NCBI GenBank assembly: GCA_963831475.1
Contig: CAWHQF010000020.1
Location: 126,497-190,496, forward strand
DNA: 64,000 nt
Direction: 5' to 3'
From: an uncultured Alphaproteobacteria bacterium
GTDB taxonomy: Bacteria > Pseudomonadota > Alphaproteobacteria > Rhizobiales > Xanthobacteraceae
Part shown: positions 17,865 to 28,170 of the stretch, piece by piece
Layout: every line of letters starts with the position of its first letter
How positions within the stretch are numbered: the first letter of the stretch is position 1
Program-made: the position numbers and the translations under genes
The notes under the pieces: model-generated
Databases searched by the model: none
What the model saw: the letters and a program-made list of their open reading frames with translations, nothing else
What the model was told of the DNA's origin: nothing

Positions 17865-19791
17865 TCAGGCCTGCGGTTGCGGCGCGACTTCACCGGAAGG
17901 CGGCTCGGGCCGCGGACGCGGCTTGCCAGCCGGAGGCACGGCGGAAGATCGCGGCGTGCTCGGCTCGATCACCGACTCGCGCACGGGCCGCTTGCCCGCC
18001 AGCAGATCGGTGATTTCTTCGCCGGTCAGCGTCTCGAATTCGAGTAAGCCCTTGGCGAGAACTTCGAGATCAGCCCTTTTGTCGGTCAAAATCTGCGTCG
18101 CCTCGGCGTAGCCGGCCTCGACGAGGCGGCGAATCTCGCCGTCAATCTTGCGTGACGTCTCTTCGGAAATATTCTGCTGGCGCGATACCTGGTAACCAAG
18201 GAATACCTCGTCCTGGTTCTCACCGTAGGCAACGGTCCCCAGTTCGTCGGACAGACCCCAGCGCGTCACCATCATGCGGGCAAGCTTGGTCGCCTGCTCG
18301 ATGTCGGAGGCAGCGCCTGACGTCACCTTTTCCTGGCCGAAGACCATTTCCTCGGCCACGCGGCCACCCATCATGATGGCGAGGCGGGAGGTCATCTGCT
18401 CACGGCTCATCGACAACTTGTCGCGTTCCGGCAGCTGCATGACCATGCCGAGCGCGCGGCCCCGCGGAATGATCGTTGCCTTGTGCACCGGATCAGTCGC
18501 CTTGACGTTGATGGCCACAATGGCGTGTCCGCCTTCGTGGTAGGCTGTGAGAAGCTTCTCCTCCTCGGTCATCACGAGCGACTTGCGCTCGGCGCCCATC
18601 ATCACCTTGTCCTTGGCATCCTCGAACTCGGCCTGCGTGACCATGCGCTTGTTGCGCCGCGCCGCCATCAGTGCAGCTTCATTCACCAGATTCATGAGAT
18701 CGGCGCCGGAAAACCCAGGCGTACCGCGCGCAATGGTCTTGAGATTCACATCGGGCGCAAGGGGCACCTTGCGCACGTGGACCTTCAGGATGTTTTCGCG
18801 GCCAACTACGTCGGGGTTCGGCACCACAACCTGACGATCGAAACGGCCGGGGCGAAGGAGCGCGGGATCGAGCACGTCCGGACGGTTGGTGGCGGCTATG
18901 AGAATGATTCCCTCATTGGCCTCGAAACCATCCATCTCAACGAGCAACTGATTGAGAGTCTGCTCGCGCTCGTCATTGCCGCCGCCCAGTCCTGCGCCAC
19001 GATGGCGGCCGACCGCGTCAATTTCATCGATGAAGATGATGCAAGGCGCATTCTTCTTCGCCTGCTCGAACATGTCGCGTACGCGCGAGGCGCCGACGCC
19101 CACAAACATTTCGACGAAATCCGAACCTGAAATCGTGAAGAACGGTACGTTTGCCTCGCCTGCAACGGCGCGTGCGATCAGAAGTCTTGCCAGTGCCCGG
19201 CGGACCGACCAGCAACACACCGCGCGGGATACGTCCACCCAGGCGCTGGAATTTTCCGGGATCACGCAGGAACTCGACGATCTCCTGCAAGTCCTGTTTT
19301 GCTTCGTCGACACCGGCGACGTCGTCAAAGGTGACGCGACCGTGCGCTTCAGCGAGCAGCTTCGCGCGCGACTTGCCGAAACCGAGGGCCTTGCCTCCGG
19401 CACCTTGCATCTGGCGCGAAAGGAAGATCCAGACGCCGATCAGTGCAATGAATGGCAGCCAAGACACCAGCAGCGAGACAAACCACGGGACGTTGTCCGA
19501 TGGCGGCCGTGCGGTGATCGAGACTCCCTTGGAGTATAGTTTCTGCACCAGGCCAGGATCGTTGGGCGCATAAGTTTGGAAGCTGGTGCCGTTGGCGAAG
19601 GTGCCATGGATGTCCGGACCCTGGATCACAACATCGCGCACCCGGCCTTGGTCAACTTCAGACAGAAGCTGGGAGAATGAAATGTCCTGCGCAGTCGTGC
19701 GCTGGCCCGGGTTCTGGAAAAGCGTGAACAGCGCCAACAAAAGCAGGACGATGATCACCCAGAGAGCGAAATTGCGTAGATTAGCGTTCAT
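17865..19791 (-). CDS. ftsH: ATP-dependent zinc metalloprotease FtsH (one extra base near 19182; probably a sequencing error)
   Basis: [11 protein letters not shown]...GPPGTGKT in one frame, [10 protein letters not shown]...IFIDEID...HEGGH in the other; total length 3n+1. Confidence 0.95.
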
Positions 19792-19923
19792 CAGCCGTCC
19801 TGACCCCGCCGCGCGCGCATCGCGGCTGTATTCCCTGCATCGATTCGTGGCGACTTCGCGTCGGACTCGCCAACCAATGTAGGCAGCGTCAGCCCCCAAG
19901 AAAAGGCCTGAAGTCTTAATATT

Positions 19924-21018
19924 CTAGCGTGGTTTCGGCCGACCGGACCCGTTGGGTCGGCGCTTGGTTAAGGCCTTGGTTAAGGCCTTGCGACGCCGCG
20001 GTGGAGCCCGTTCGACAACAATCCGATTGCCCGTAAGCGTCACAATTGCCCCCGCCAAAGTCCGACGAAACCGTGGATTCCGGGCTTTTTGGGCCTCGTC
20101 GAGGCTGGATTTCAGGGATTCGAGCTTTCCGAGCTCGATCGGCCCCTCGTCGCCATTTTTGGCGATCGCGCGCCCGAGCAACCGCAATGCGACTTCGGTG
20201 GGCAATTCAACAAAACGGCCAGCCTCGATTGCCATTGAACGCCCGACGGACAACTCAGCCACGAATTCCACAGCCGCATCGTCGACGCCCGACTCGATTG
20301 CCGCATCCGCTCGTTTGAACCGCCGTGCGAGCCGCGCCAATCGGGCAGCGTTGAGACCTTCCGCAGCGAGTGCAGCCATGAGGCCACGCATCCGCACGCG
20401 CGCAAAACGCGGATCGAGATTAGATGGGTCATCGACATACGATATTTTTTCGGCGCGCAATGTCGCAACGAGGCGAGTCTTTGGGATGTCGAGCAGTGGA
20501 CGAACGAGCGTGATCTCGTCGAACCCCGTTGAAGGAAGCGGCGCCAATCGAGACATCGCTCCCAATCCGGTGAGACCGCTGCCGCGACTCATACGAATGA
20601 GAACCGTCTCGGCTTGATCGTCGAGGGTGTGGGCCGTCAGAACATGCGAGGCCCCGGCCTCACGTGCCGCATCACCGAGCATGCGATACCGTGCGGCGCG
20701 CGCGGCTTCCTGCAAGCCGGTCGCGGGTTTGCGGCCAGTCCAACATAGCGTGCGATGGGGTACGCCAAGCCTGCGCGCCATTCGAGCGACGTCGGCAGCC
20801 TCGCGTTTGGATTCTTTCCTCAATCGGTGATCGACTGTTACTGCAACCAACTTAGGCTTCACTTTCAGTGAGCGACGCCATCGCGCGGCCAGCATCAACA
20901 GAGCGGTCGAATCAGATCCGCCGGACACGGCGAGCACGAGCGCGGGAAAATTCTGCAATTCGGCAAAGAGAGCTTTGGCTTCCGACGCCGAGACGACCGC
21001 CGGCTCAGCAGTGCGCAC
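19924..21018 (-). CDS. tilS: tRNA(Ile)-lysidine synthase
   Basis: AVSGGSDS, VDHRLR, AHTLDDQAET, DPSN; canonical position between cpoB and ftsH. Confidence 0.95.
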   Translation of the reverse strand: MRTAEPAVVSASEAKALFAELQNFPALVLAVSGGSDSTALLMLAARWRRSLKVKPKLVAVTVDHRLRKESKREAADVARMARRLGVPHRTLCWTGRKPATGLQEAARAARYRMLGDAAREAGASHVLTAHTLDDQAETVLIRMSRGSGLTGLGAMSRLAPLPSTGFDEITLVRPLLDIPKTRLVATLRAEKISYVDDPSNLDPRFARVRMRGLMAALAAEGLNAARLARLARRFKRADAAIESGVDDAAVEFVAELSVGRSMAIEAGRFVELPTEVALRLLGRAIAKNGDEGPIELGKLESLKSSLDEAQKARNPRFRRTLAGAIVTLTGNRIVVERAPPRRRKALTKALTKRRPNGSGRPKPR

Positions 21019-22189
21019 GCTTCTGTTCCTGGGCCACCCCGCGCTTCACGCCGGCGGAAGCGCGAGGATATTTGCGCCCGACCTCGGCGAGTGTCGCGCA
21101 GGCCGCCTCCTTCTGGTTCATAGCGGCAAGCGATTGCCCAAGACGCAGCAATGAGTCGGGAGCCTTGCCCGCATGCTCGAATTTGGTCGAGACCGCCAAG
21201 AATGATTCCGCCGCGTCGCGGTAGCGCTGTTGCTGGAATAAGCTCTCGCCCATCCAATATTGCGCATCAGGAACAAGATGTTCGTTCGGATATTTTTTCA
21301 GGAAATCTCGAAAGGCCTGCTCTGCGAGTGAGTAGTCCTTATGCAGCACATAGCCGTAGGCCAGGTCGTATTCGTCCTGCGGCGATGCCGAAGGCGGAAG
21401 CGTCGCGAGCTGCGGGCCGGCCGGAGCGGCCTCACGCACCTGGGAAGGCGGCAACTGCTGTGGCATCGGTGATGTCGGCACCGGAATAGGATTTGTCGAA
21501 GCAACCGCCGCGGACGACGTGGCCGGAGGACGCGGCGCCTCGTTCCCGGCCAAGGTCGAAAGATCAAGCGGCGCGCCAGCGGCGCGACCGCCGGGAGCGC
21601 CAATGGGCGCTGCATTATCGCGTCCGGGCTCTGGCGCGGCGATACCGGTCTGATTGCCGAGCACACGCGGAACGCCGGGCGCATTCGGGTGCTGCGTCGG
21701 ATCGAAAACATCGGAACGATGGCCAGCAGGGCCGCCCGGCACATTCCCTGGCGCCATCGGCGCGGACTGCGCCGGCATGCCGCCACCTTTCGCGCCAAGC
21801 TGCTGGAACCGATATTCGGTATCGTCCTGCATCCGCTTGAGCTGCATCTCGAGTTGCTGATTGCGATACTGAAGTTGCTCGATTGTGCCGGTCAGCTGAC
21901 GGAGCGCATTTTCGATTCGGTCGAGGCGGACGGAAGGATCGCCGGAGTCGGCCTGCGCAACTCGGCCAGACGGTGGGGCCTGGGGAGCCTGAGGCGCCTG
22001 GGGTGCTTGGGGTGCTTGGGGTGCTTGGCGCGACTGTGCCGTAGGTTCGCCGCGGCCGAAAAGATTGTCCAGGAAATTGCCGGACGAACGCTGGTCCTGA
22101 GCGAGTGCAATGCCTGCAAGGAACGGCACCGCCGCCGCCGCGACAAGAAGCTTCAAAACATAAGTCGGCCAGAGCCGTGTGCGTGTCAT
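21005..22189 (-). CDS. cpoB: Tol-Pal-associated TPR protein CpoB/YbgF
   Basis: Signal peptide, coiled coil LTGTIEQLQYRNQQL, Pro-rich linker, C-terminal TPR (AQYWMGES, KAPDSLLRLG); follows pal. Confidence 0.92.
   Translation of the reverse strand: MTRTRLWPTYVLKLLVAAAAVPFLAGIALAQDQRSSGNFLDNLFGRGEPTAQSRQAPQAPQAPQAPQAPQAPPSGRVAQADSGDPSVRLDRIENALRQLTGTIEQLQYRNQQLEMQLKRMQDDTEYRFQQLGAKGGGMPAQSAPMAPGNVPGGPAGHRSDVFDPTQHPNAPGVPRVLGNQTGIAAPEPGRDNAAPIGAPGGRAAGAPLDLSTLAGNEAPRPPATSSAAVASTNPIPVPTSPMPQQLPPSQVREAAPAGPQLATLPPSASPQDEYDLAYGYVLHKDYSLAEQAFRDFLKKYPNEHLVPDAQYWMGESLFQQQRYRDAAESFLAVSTKFEHAGKAPDSLLRLGQSLAAMNQKEAACATLAEVGRKYPRASAGVKRGVAQEQKRAHC
21980..22027. repeat. 9-bp coding tandem repeat encoding (APQ)n in CpoB
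   Basis: tggggtgct-type units; protein QAPQAPQAPQAPQAP. Confidence 0.85.
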
Positions 22190-22406
22190 CGGCGAATTTT
22201 GAGCCAAATCGGCGTTTCTTTGCGCATGTTCTTTTCCGAAAACAGGTCCCCACGTTTCGGAATACGCGCCGGTGTCGGTGATTGCAGCGGCTGCGTAGCA
22301 TAGCACGGCGAGTTCGACCAGAATGTGGCTGGCAAGGTCAAAAATGCCTCCGGCGTGGGGCTTTCCGCCTCACGCCGCGCGGCCGAAAGTATCTCAATCG
22401 TTGTTA

Positions 22407-22437
22407 GACGGGCGGCTGCATGGACCCGCCGCCCGTC
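22407..22437 (-). other. GC-rich stem-loop just 3' of pal
   Basis: GACGGGCGGC / GCCGCCCGTC 10-bp arms; no clear U-tract. Confidence 0.55.
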
Positions 22438-22456
22438 AAGCTAAGCGCCGCACGTC

Positions 22457-22954
22457 TTATGAGCTGGCGCCGAGCACGGTGACCGCGCGGCGGTTCTGCG
22501 ACCAACAGGAGATATCGTTGCAGACGGCCACTGGCCTTTCCTTCCCGTACGAGATTGTGCGCATCCGTTGCGCCTGGATACCGCGGGAGATCAGATAATC
22601 ACGAACCGCCTGTGCGCGACGCGCGCCGAGCGCGATATTGTATTCGCGAGTCCCGCGCTCGTCGGCATGCCCCTCGATGGTGAACTGGCCGTACTGGCTG
22701 TAAGTGTTGAGCCATTGCGACTGCTTGTCGAGCGTCGCGCGCGACTGCGCCGTGAGCTCGGAAGAGTCCGTATCGAAGAACACGCGATCGCCGACATTGA
22801 CAACAAAGTCCTGCTGACTGCCAGGCGTTGCCTGACCTGCAGCGTTGGCCTGCGCGTCCTCAGCCGACTTGTTGGCACAGGCTGAGATAGCCAGAGCCGC
22901 CGCCAAGACAGCAGCTAGACGAGCGACGTGCAGCATTTTTCTCATATCGATCAT
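22457..22954 (-). CDS. pal: Peptidoglycan-associated lipoprotein Pal
   Basis: Lipobox ISAC; EGHADERGTREYNIALGARRA; SYGKERP; NRRA. Confidence 0.96.
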   Translation of the reverse strand: MIDMRKMLHVARLAAVLAAALAISACANKSAEDAQANAAGQATPGSQQDFVVNVGDRVFFDTDSSELTAQSRATLDKQSQWLNTYSQYGQFTIEGHADERGTREYNIALGARRAQAVRDYLISRGIQAQRMRTISYGKERPVAVCNDISCWSQNRRAVTVLGASS

Positions 22955-23136
22955 TTCCGGTGCCTCCATTTCACGCGTCCTGACCGGAGCTTACGTGTGG
23001 GTCTAGCAGGCCGTTCGTTAAGCGAACGTTCCATCAACCTTGATGGAACCTTGCGTGGGTCGATTAAATCTGCCCCAACCCCTTAAACCGTTTCTGATGG
23101 TTAAGACACGGTGAAAATGAGGCCGGTTTGCGACAA

Positions 23137-24465
23137 CTAAGATAATAGCGGGGACCAAGCCGGATCGGATGCGTAACTGGGTGTTGGAACCTTAAGTTCG
23201 TTACGCCCGGTAATGTCGATCGTGTAGAGAGAGGGTCCCTGCCCGATGTCGCGGAAGAACATCAGCACTCGCCCATTTGGTGCGAAGGTCGGCCCTTCGT
23301 TGTGGAAACCTTCAGTCAGCACACGTTCGCCAGAACCATCAGGCTTCAGGATCCCGATCGAGAAATTGCCACGCGCCTGACCGGTAAAGGCGATGTAATC
23401 GCCGCGCGGCGACCAGACCGGAGTCGAGTGGTGCCCCTCGCCAAAACTAATGCGTTGGGCCGCGCCCCCGGCTGCCGACATGACATAAATTTGTTGCGTG
23501 CCGCCCCGGTCGCTCTCGAAACAGATACGGCTCCCATCAGGCGAATAGCACGGCGCCGTATCGATGGCCGGCGTATCGGTCAGCCGCGTCGTCTGTTTCG
23601 AACGTAAGTCCATCACGAACAGATTGGCGTTTCCACCCTGCTGCAGACTCATGATCACCCGTTGACCGTCGGGTGAAAACCGCGGCGCGAAAGTCATCCC
23701 CGGAAAGTTGCCGACAATTTCACGCTGACCCGTCTCGATATTAAGCAGATAGACGCGCGGATCACCTTGGCCGTACGACATGTAGGTGATCTCTTGAGTC
23801 GACGGATTAAATCGCGGCGTGAGCACCAAATCATCGCCGCGCGTGAGGTAACGCACGCTGGCTCCGTCCTGATCCATGATCGCCAGGCGTTTCACGCGGC
23901 GTTCCTTCGGTCCCGTTTCGTCGACGAACACGATGCGGCTGTCGAAATAGCCTTTTTCGCCTGTCAGGCGCTCATAGATTGCGTCTGAGATAATGTGCGC
24001 AATACGCCGCCAATTGTCGGGCGTAGTGAAATACTGCTTGCCGTCCAGCTGTTGGCCCGCGAACACATCCCAAAGCCTGAACTCCGCCTTCAATCGCCCG
24101 TCGCCCTGCCGCGTAATGCGACCGGTCACAAGAGCCTGCGCGTTGATTGCACGCCAGTCCGGAAAGCGCGGCACGCTGTCGGTATTGGCTATTCTTTCAA
24201 TGAAAGCAGCGGGATTGATCGGCGCAAAGAGGCCGCTGCGCTGAAGATTGTTGCTGATGACAGCGGTGACATTGCGCCCGGTATCGCCCTCCGACGGTCC
24301 GCCCGTCAGGAAATCGGGAAGCGCGATCGGCATCGGCCGCACATTGCCTTGATTGATGTCGATATTGAGCACCGCGTTGGCGGGGCGCGCACCGATCACT
24401 GCAAGCGCGCCGGTACCGATCAGCAGGCTGCGGCGGCTCAGTCTGGATTGGGCGTTTTCAGTCAC
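23137..24465 (-). CDS. tolB: Tol-Pal beta-propeller protein TolB
   Basis: TolB N-domain plus PD40 repeats (PRFSPDG, PCYSPDG, PVWSPRG, PAWSP). Confidence 0.96.
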   Translation of the reverse strand: MTENAQSRLSRRSLLIGTGALAVIGARPANAVLNIDINQGNVRPMPIALPDFLTGGPSEGDTGRNVTAVISNNLQRSGLFAPINPAAFIERIANTDSVPRFPDWRAINAQALVTGRITRQGDGRLKAEFRLWDVFAGQQLDGKQYFTTPDNWRRIAHIISDAIYERLTGEKGYFDSRIVFVDETGPKERRVKRLAIMDQDGASVRYLTRGDDLVLTPRFNPSTQEITYMSYGQGDPRVYLLNIETGQREIVGNFPGMTFAPRFSPDGQRVIMSLQQGGNANLFVMDLRSKQTTRLTDTPAIDTAPCYSPDGSRICFESDRGGTQQIYVMSAAGGAAQRISFGEGHHSTPVWSPRGDYIAFTGQARGNFSIGILKPDGSGERVLTEGFHNEGPTFAPNGRVLMFFRDIGQGPSLYTIDITGRNELKVPTPSYASDPAWSPLLS

Positions 24466-24474
24466 GAGATTGCA

Positions 24475-25341
24475 CTACCTTGCCGGAAGATCATGAAACA
24501 TCTGCTTGGTATCGAAAGTGAAGTCGATTTCTTTCCATTGGTCGTAGTGGTCGGGGCGCAGCATAGTGTACGGCTGCCCTACAAACACCGCGCGCACGGC
24601 GCTGTCGCGCATGGCGTTGAACTGTGCGCCGGTCCCGGCCGTAAGCACCTGGGGTCCGATTGCCAGCGTGCCATCCCGCCTGAACCTGATCCGAATGGTG
24701 ACTTGCGTCTGATTGGCATCCTGCATGCCGACCGGGGGATTCCACAACGCCATCAAACGTGCGCGTAGCGCATCGATCTCGGATTGCGACAGCTGAGCAG
24801 CCATGCCGCTTGCTGTGCCAAGCGACGGCGTAGCGTTCGCTTCGTGGCCCGTCGCAGCATTGCGCTGCGGGTCGCGCTTGTCGAGCAGCGCCGCAATCTT
24901 GTCGGCATCGAATTTGGGTTGCTGCTTTTGCGGTGGTTTCTTCGGCGGCAGCGGCTGCGGCTCGACCTTCGTTTGCGGCTTAGGCTCATCCGGCTGCTTG
25001 ATCTTTTCGGCAATCGGGTCGGGCTTGGACGGCTGCGGCTCGGGTGGCGGTGCCTCTTCCTTGGCCGCCTGAATTTCTTTTTTCTCGGTGATTTTTGCCT
25101 TGGAGTCTTCGATCGGTTTCGGCGGCTCCTCCGCCTTTTTCTCTACCAGCGGCTTTGGCGTCTCGACTTTCTTTGCATCCTTCACGCCTTTGGTGATCTC
25201 TGAAAAGTCCTTATCACTCACCAGGTCAACGGGAAGGGATTCCGCCGGAGTGACATCAAATGTCTTTCCGGAAAACGACAGCGTCGCCCACAGCAGCACC
25301 GCCGCATGCAGGCCAGCCGAGATCGCAGTAGCCTTTCTCAT
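24475..25341 (-). CDS. tolA: TolA
   Basis: N-terminal TM with S..LH motif, Pro/Lys/Glu-rich linker, TonB-like C-domain; operon position. Confidence 0.88.
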   Translation of the reverse strand: MRKATAISAGLHAAVLLWATLSFSGKTFDVTPAESLPVDLVSDKDFSEITKGVKDAKKVETPKPLVEKKAEEPPKPIEDSKAKITEKKEIQAAKEEAPPPEPQPSKPDPIAEKIKQPDEPKPQTKVEPQPLPPKKPPQKQQPKFDADKIAALLDKRDPQRNAATGHEANATPSLGTASGMAAQLSQSEIDALRARLMALWNPPVGMQDANQTQVTIRIRFRRDGTLAIGPQVLTAGTGAQFNAMRDSAVRAVFVGQPYTMLRPDHYDQWKEIDFTFDTKQMFHDLPAR

Positions 25342-25796
25342 CACTGCGCTTTCGCGCCCTGTTCGAATTCGGTGACCAATGCCACACGATGAAAACCGGC
25401 CGAGGACAGTCGGCCCATGACCTTCATCATGGTCCCATAGTCCACTTTCTTGTCGCCCCGCAAATAAACGCGAGCCTCGGTGCCGCCCCTGGCTTCGGAG
25501 ACCGCCTGCATCTTGGGAACCAGATCGTCTATGGCGATCTCGCTATTTTGCAGGAAAACCTGCCCTTTGTCGTTGACCGAGATCGTAAGTGGTTCCTTGT
25601 CCTGCTCGAGACTCTTGGCCTGGCTCTGCGGCAGGTCGATCGGCACGCCGACGGTAAGCAAGGGCGCCGACACCATGAAGATGATCAGCAGCACCAGCAT
25701 TACGTCGACCATCGGCGTAACGTTGATCTCGCTCATCACCCGCTGGCGATGATGCTTGCGCCTCCCGATCACCGGCGTGCCGGCATTGGCAGCCAT
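25341..25796 (-). CDS. tolR: TolR
   Basis: SEINVTPMVDVMLVLLIIFMV; RGDKKVDYG. Confidence 0.95.
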   Translation of the reverse strand: MAANAGTPVIGRRKHHRQRVMSEINVTPMVDVMLVLLIIFMVSAPLLTVGVPIDLPQSQAKSLEQDKEPLTISVNDKGQVFLQNSEIAIDDLVPKMQAVSEARGGTEARVYLRGDKKVDYGTMMKVMGRLSSAGFHRVALVTEFEQGAKAQ

Positions 25797-25861
25797 TAAT
25801 GTGCCTTTCGCTGGTACATTGTCTTACCCAGAAACCGGCCACTGCTTTTCGGGATCATGCG

Positions 25862-26575
25862 CTAGCCGCGCTCGTCGATCTGCCGCGACAGGATGGCAGC
25901 GAATTCATCGGCGAACCCCTCCAACCGCTGGGCCTGCTTGTTAACGTCGGCCGCAAACTTGTTATAAAAAATGGTCGCCGGTATGGCGGCGACAAGGCCG
26001 AGTGCGGTCGCAAAAAGCGCTTCCGCGATCCCGGGCGCCACAACGGCCAAGGATGTGTTCTTCGAAGCTGCAATCGACTGAAAGCTCGTCATGATGCCCC
26101 AGACGGTGCCAAACAAGCCGACAAACGGCCCTGCCGAGCCGACCGTGGCGAGAACCAGCAGCCGTCTTTCAAGCCGCTCGACCTCGCGGGCAATCGTCAC
26201 TTCCATCACTTTCTCGATCCGCATTTGGAGGCCGCCAATTGCGCGCGTGCTGCCTTCGAAACTGCGTTTCCATTCGCGCATGGCTGCGACAAACAAAGCG
26301 GCCATCGAATGCGCGGGGCGCGTCGACAGCGTCCGGTAGAGTTCATCGAGCGATTGGCCCGACCAAAAGGCCTGTTCGAAACGGTCCATGGCCCGGCGGG
26401 ACCGGGCGTACAGGACCGTCTTATCGATTGCGATCGCCCACACCCAGACCGAGCAGACCAACAGTCCGATCATCACCGTTTTGACGATCCAGTGCGCGTG
26501 CCAAAACAATGTGAACAGCGAAAGATCTGATGAAGTCAGCGGGAGCACCGACTGTGCCACGTCGGCAGGATTCAT
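25862..26575 (-). CDS. tolQ: TolQ
   Basis: GPFVGLFGTVWGIM, VAPGIAEALFATALGL. Confidence 0.96.
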   Translation of the reverse strand: MNPADVAQSVLPLTSSDLSLFTLFWHAHWIVKTVMIGLLVCSVWVWAIAIDKTVLYARSRRAMDRFEQAFWSGQSLDELYRTLSTRPAHSMAALFVAAMREWKRSFEGSTRAIGGLQMRIEKVMEVTIAREVERLERRLLVLATVGSAGPFVGLFGTVWGIMTSFQSIAASKNTSLAVVAPGIAEALFATALGLVAAIPATIFYNKFAADVNKQAQRLEGFADEFAAILSRQIDERG

Positions 26576-26798
26576 GGGCACGTCCTTTCCGCTTGGTCCG
26601 GTTCCGTCGGTCGAACCGGCGCGGCGCAATTTCCTAAATTAACGAGCGCGCGCGACGATGGCGCCTACACGCCAAGCTGAAGGCCAAGGGTCCCGCGAAA
26701 TCCGTATGTCCCGTCCACCGGCAACCTACGAAATTCCCGCGAAACTTGGCCAAACTTGGGCGCGGAAGCGGGCTATCAGTCACTAAACAGCGCTGATT

Positions 26799-26817
26799 AT
26801 GGTTAAGGAGTCGTTAC
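26799..26817. promoter_or_regulatory. CtrA-type site upstream of tolQ
   Basis: TTAA-GGAGTCG-TTAC (N7 spacing) overlapping ATGGTTAA (TTAACCAT on the minus strand). Confidence 0.55.
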
Positions 26818-26846
26818 TTTGGCGGGATGGCCTGCCTCCGGCGTCG

Positions 26847-26870
26847 AAAGGCCGCCCTTAGGGGCGGCCC
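26847..26870 (-). terminator. Probable intrinsic terminator after the DUF2852 gene
   Basis: GGCCGCCCC-TA-AGGGCGGCC-type hairpin followed by TTT on the minus strand. Confidence 0.55.
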
Positions 26871-26906
26871 GTTCGCACAGCGGTCGCTTTACAGGTTACT
26901 TTGATT

Positions 26907-27338
26907 TCAATTCTGCTGCTGGCCTGACTCGGCTGCCGGCCGGTTACGCCGCTCGGCCATGAACTGGTCGAACTCCGTTTTGTCCTTGGCAAACCGAAGA
27001 CGATCGAGGAACTCGCGGAATTCACGCTGCTCTTCTTCCAGTCGGCGCAAGGTATCGGCGCGATAATCGTCGAAAGCCCGGTTGCCACTCGACGGCCCAT
27101 AATTCCAGGGGCCCCCACTCATTCTGGACCGCATCCAGTCCATCTTGCGCTGCATTCGTTCCATTTTGTTTTGCCAGTGGCCGTAATGCCCGCCGTGATA
27201 TCCGCATCCCATTCGCCCGCTCCCGATCGTGAAGGCGAGGACGACAAGGCCCAGCGGCCACCAGGCCATAAAGCCCAGGACAATCAGCGCGATCCATGCG
27301 GGTTTACCGAAAGAGTCGAGTTTCGCTGTAATAGGCAT
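26907..27338 (-). CDS. DUF2852 family membrane-anchored protein
   Basis: WIALIVLGFMAWWPLGL; SSGNRAFDDYRADTLRRLEEEQREF.EFL.RLR.AKDK.EFDQF. Confidence 0.88.
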   Translation of the reverse strand: MPITAKLDSFGKPAWIALIVLGFMAWWPLGLVVLAFTIGSGRMGCGYHGGHYGHWQNKMERMQRKMDWMRSRMSGGPWNYGPSSGNRAFDDYRADTLRRLEEEQREFREFLDRLRFAKDKTEFDQFMAERRNRPAAESGQQQN

Positions 27339-27354
27339 TGTCGGCCTCGCGTGA

Positions 27355-27373
27355 ATGTAAATAACATTTACAT
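27355..27373. promoter_or_regulatory. Perfect palindromic operator ATGTAAAT-AAC-ATTTACAT
   Basis: 8-bp perfect arms, 16 bp upstream of the DUF2852 start; second copy at 28169-28187. Confidence 0.75.
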
Positions 27374-27522
27374 AACTAGGCCCGTGCAAGGGCCCTGTCA
27401 AGAAGCGCTAAAATTAAATTAGGGAGCAACAGCGCAGGCGCCAGTCCAAGGACGACCGAATCTGCAGGACACACGGGATCAAAAAAAGTCAGTCCCCTTC
27501 CTTGCACCGAGTGGCCATAGTT

Positions 27523-28170
27523 TCAGCGCCGGCCCGACGCCGCACTCAGCCCCAGCCCTCGCAGGTAAATCAGCACGGCCGCTTCCAGCAGTTCTTCCGG
27601 CGACATTGGCAGCGTACGGCGTGCAGCATCGCCGCGGCCAAACAGCGACGCTACTCCATGGGTCATTGACCAGATGTGGAGCGCGACCATCAAAGGCGGC
27701 GGCCGGCCTTGCGACGGCATCAGCATGACAAGCTTTTCGGCGGCAGCGCGCAGCACCGCGAATGCGTTCTCGCTTGCTTCACGAAGCTCGCGGTCCGAAT
27801 CAAGCGGTACACCGGCCTCGAACATTGCCGAGTAATATGCGGGCTCGCGCTTCGCGAAATCGAGATAGATTTTTCCGAGACGGTCGAAGGCGGACATCAC
27901 GTCCGGCTTGCCTTCATCCCAACCATTCGCCAATGCGGCGGCGAAGAGTTCGAATCCGCGGCGCGCGACATCGGCAAGCAACGCGTCCCGATCACGGTAA
28001 TGCCGGTAGGGCGCTGCCGGGCTCACGCCCGCCCACCGAGCGGCATCGGCAAAGGTAAAGCCCGCCGGACCTTTCTCCGCAATCAGTTCGAGCGCGGCAC
28101 GCACCAAGGCTTCTTTCAGATTGCCGTGGTGGTAGCCGCGCGCCGCGTGGCCGCGCTTGCCCCATCTCAT
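27523..28170 (-). CDS. TetR family regulator (WHG-type C-domain)
   Basis: YHHGNLKEAL, AGVSPAAPYRHY, WSMTHG. Confidence 0.92.
   Translation of the reverse strand: MRWGKRGHAARGYHHGNLKEALVRAALELIAEKGPAGFTFADAARWAGVSPAAPYRHYRDRDALLADVARRGFELFAAALANGWDEGKPDVMSAFDRLGKIYLDFAKREPAYYSAMFEAGVPLDSDRELREASENAFAVLRAAAEKLVMLMPSQGRPPPLMVALHIWSMTHGVASLFGRGDAARRTLPMSPEELLEAAVLIYLRGLGLSAASGRR

Noticed and set aside
23995-26530. Long antisense ORFs over tol genes (e.g. 23995..24768, 25799..26530) and similar ones elsewhere
   Set aside because: Expected in high-GC DNA opposite real genes; no motifs or RBS
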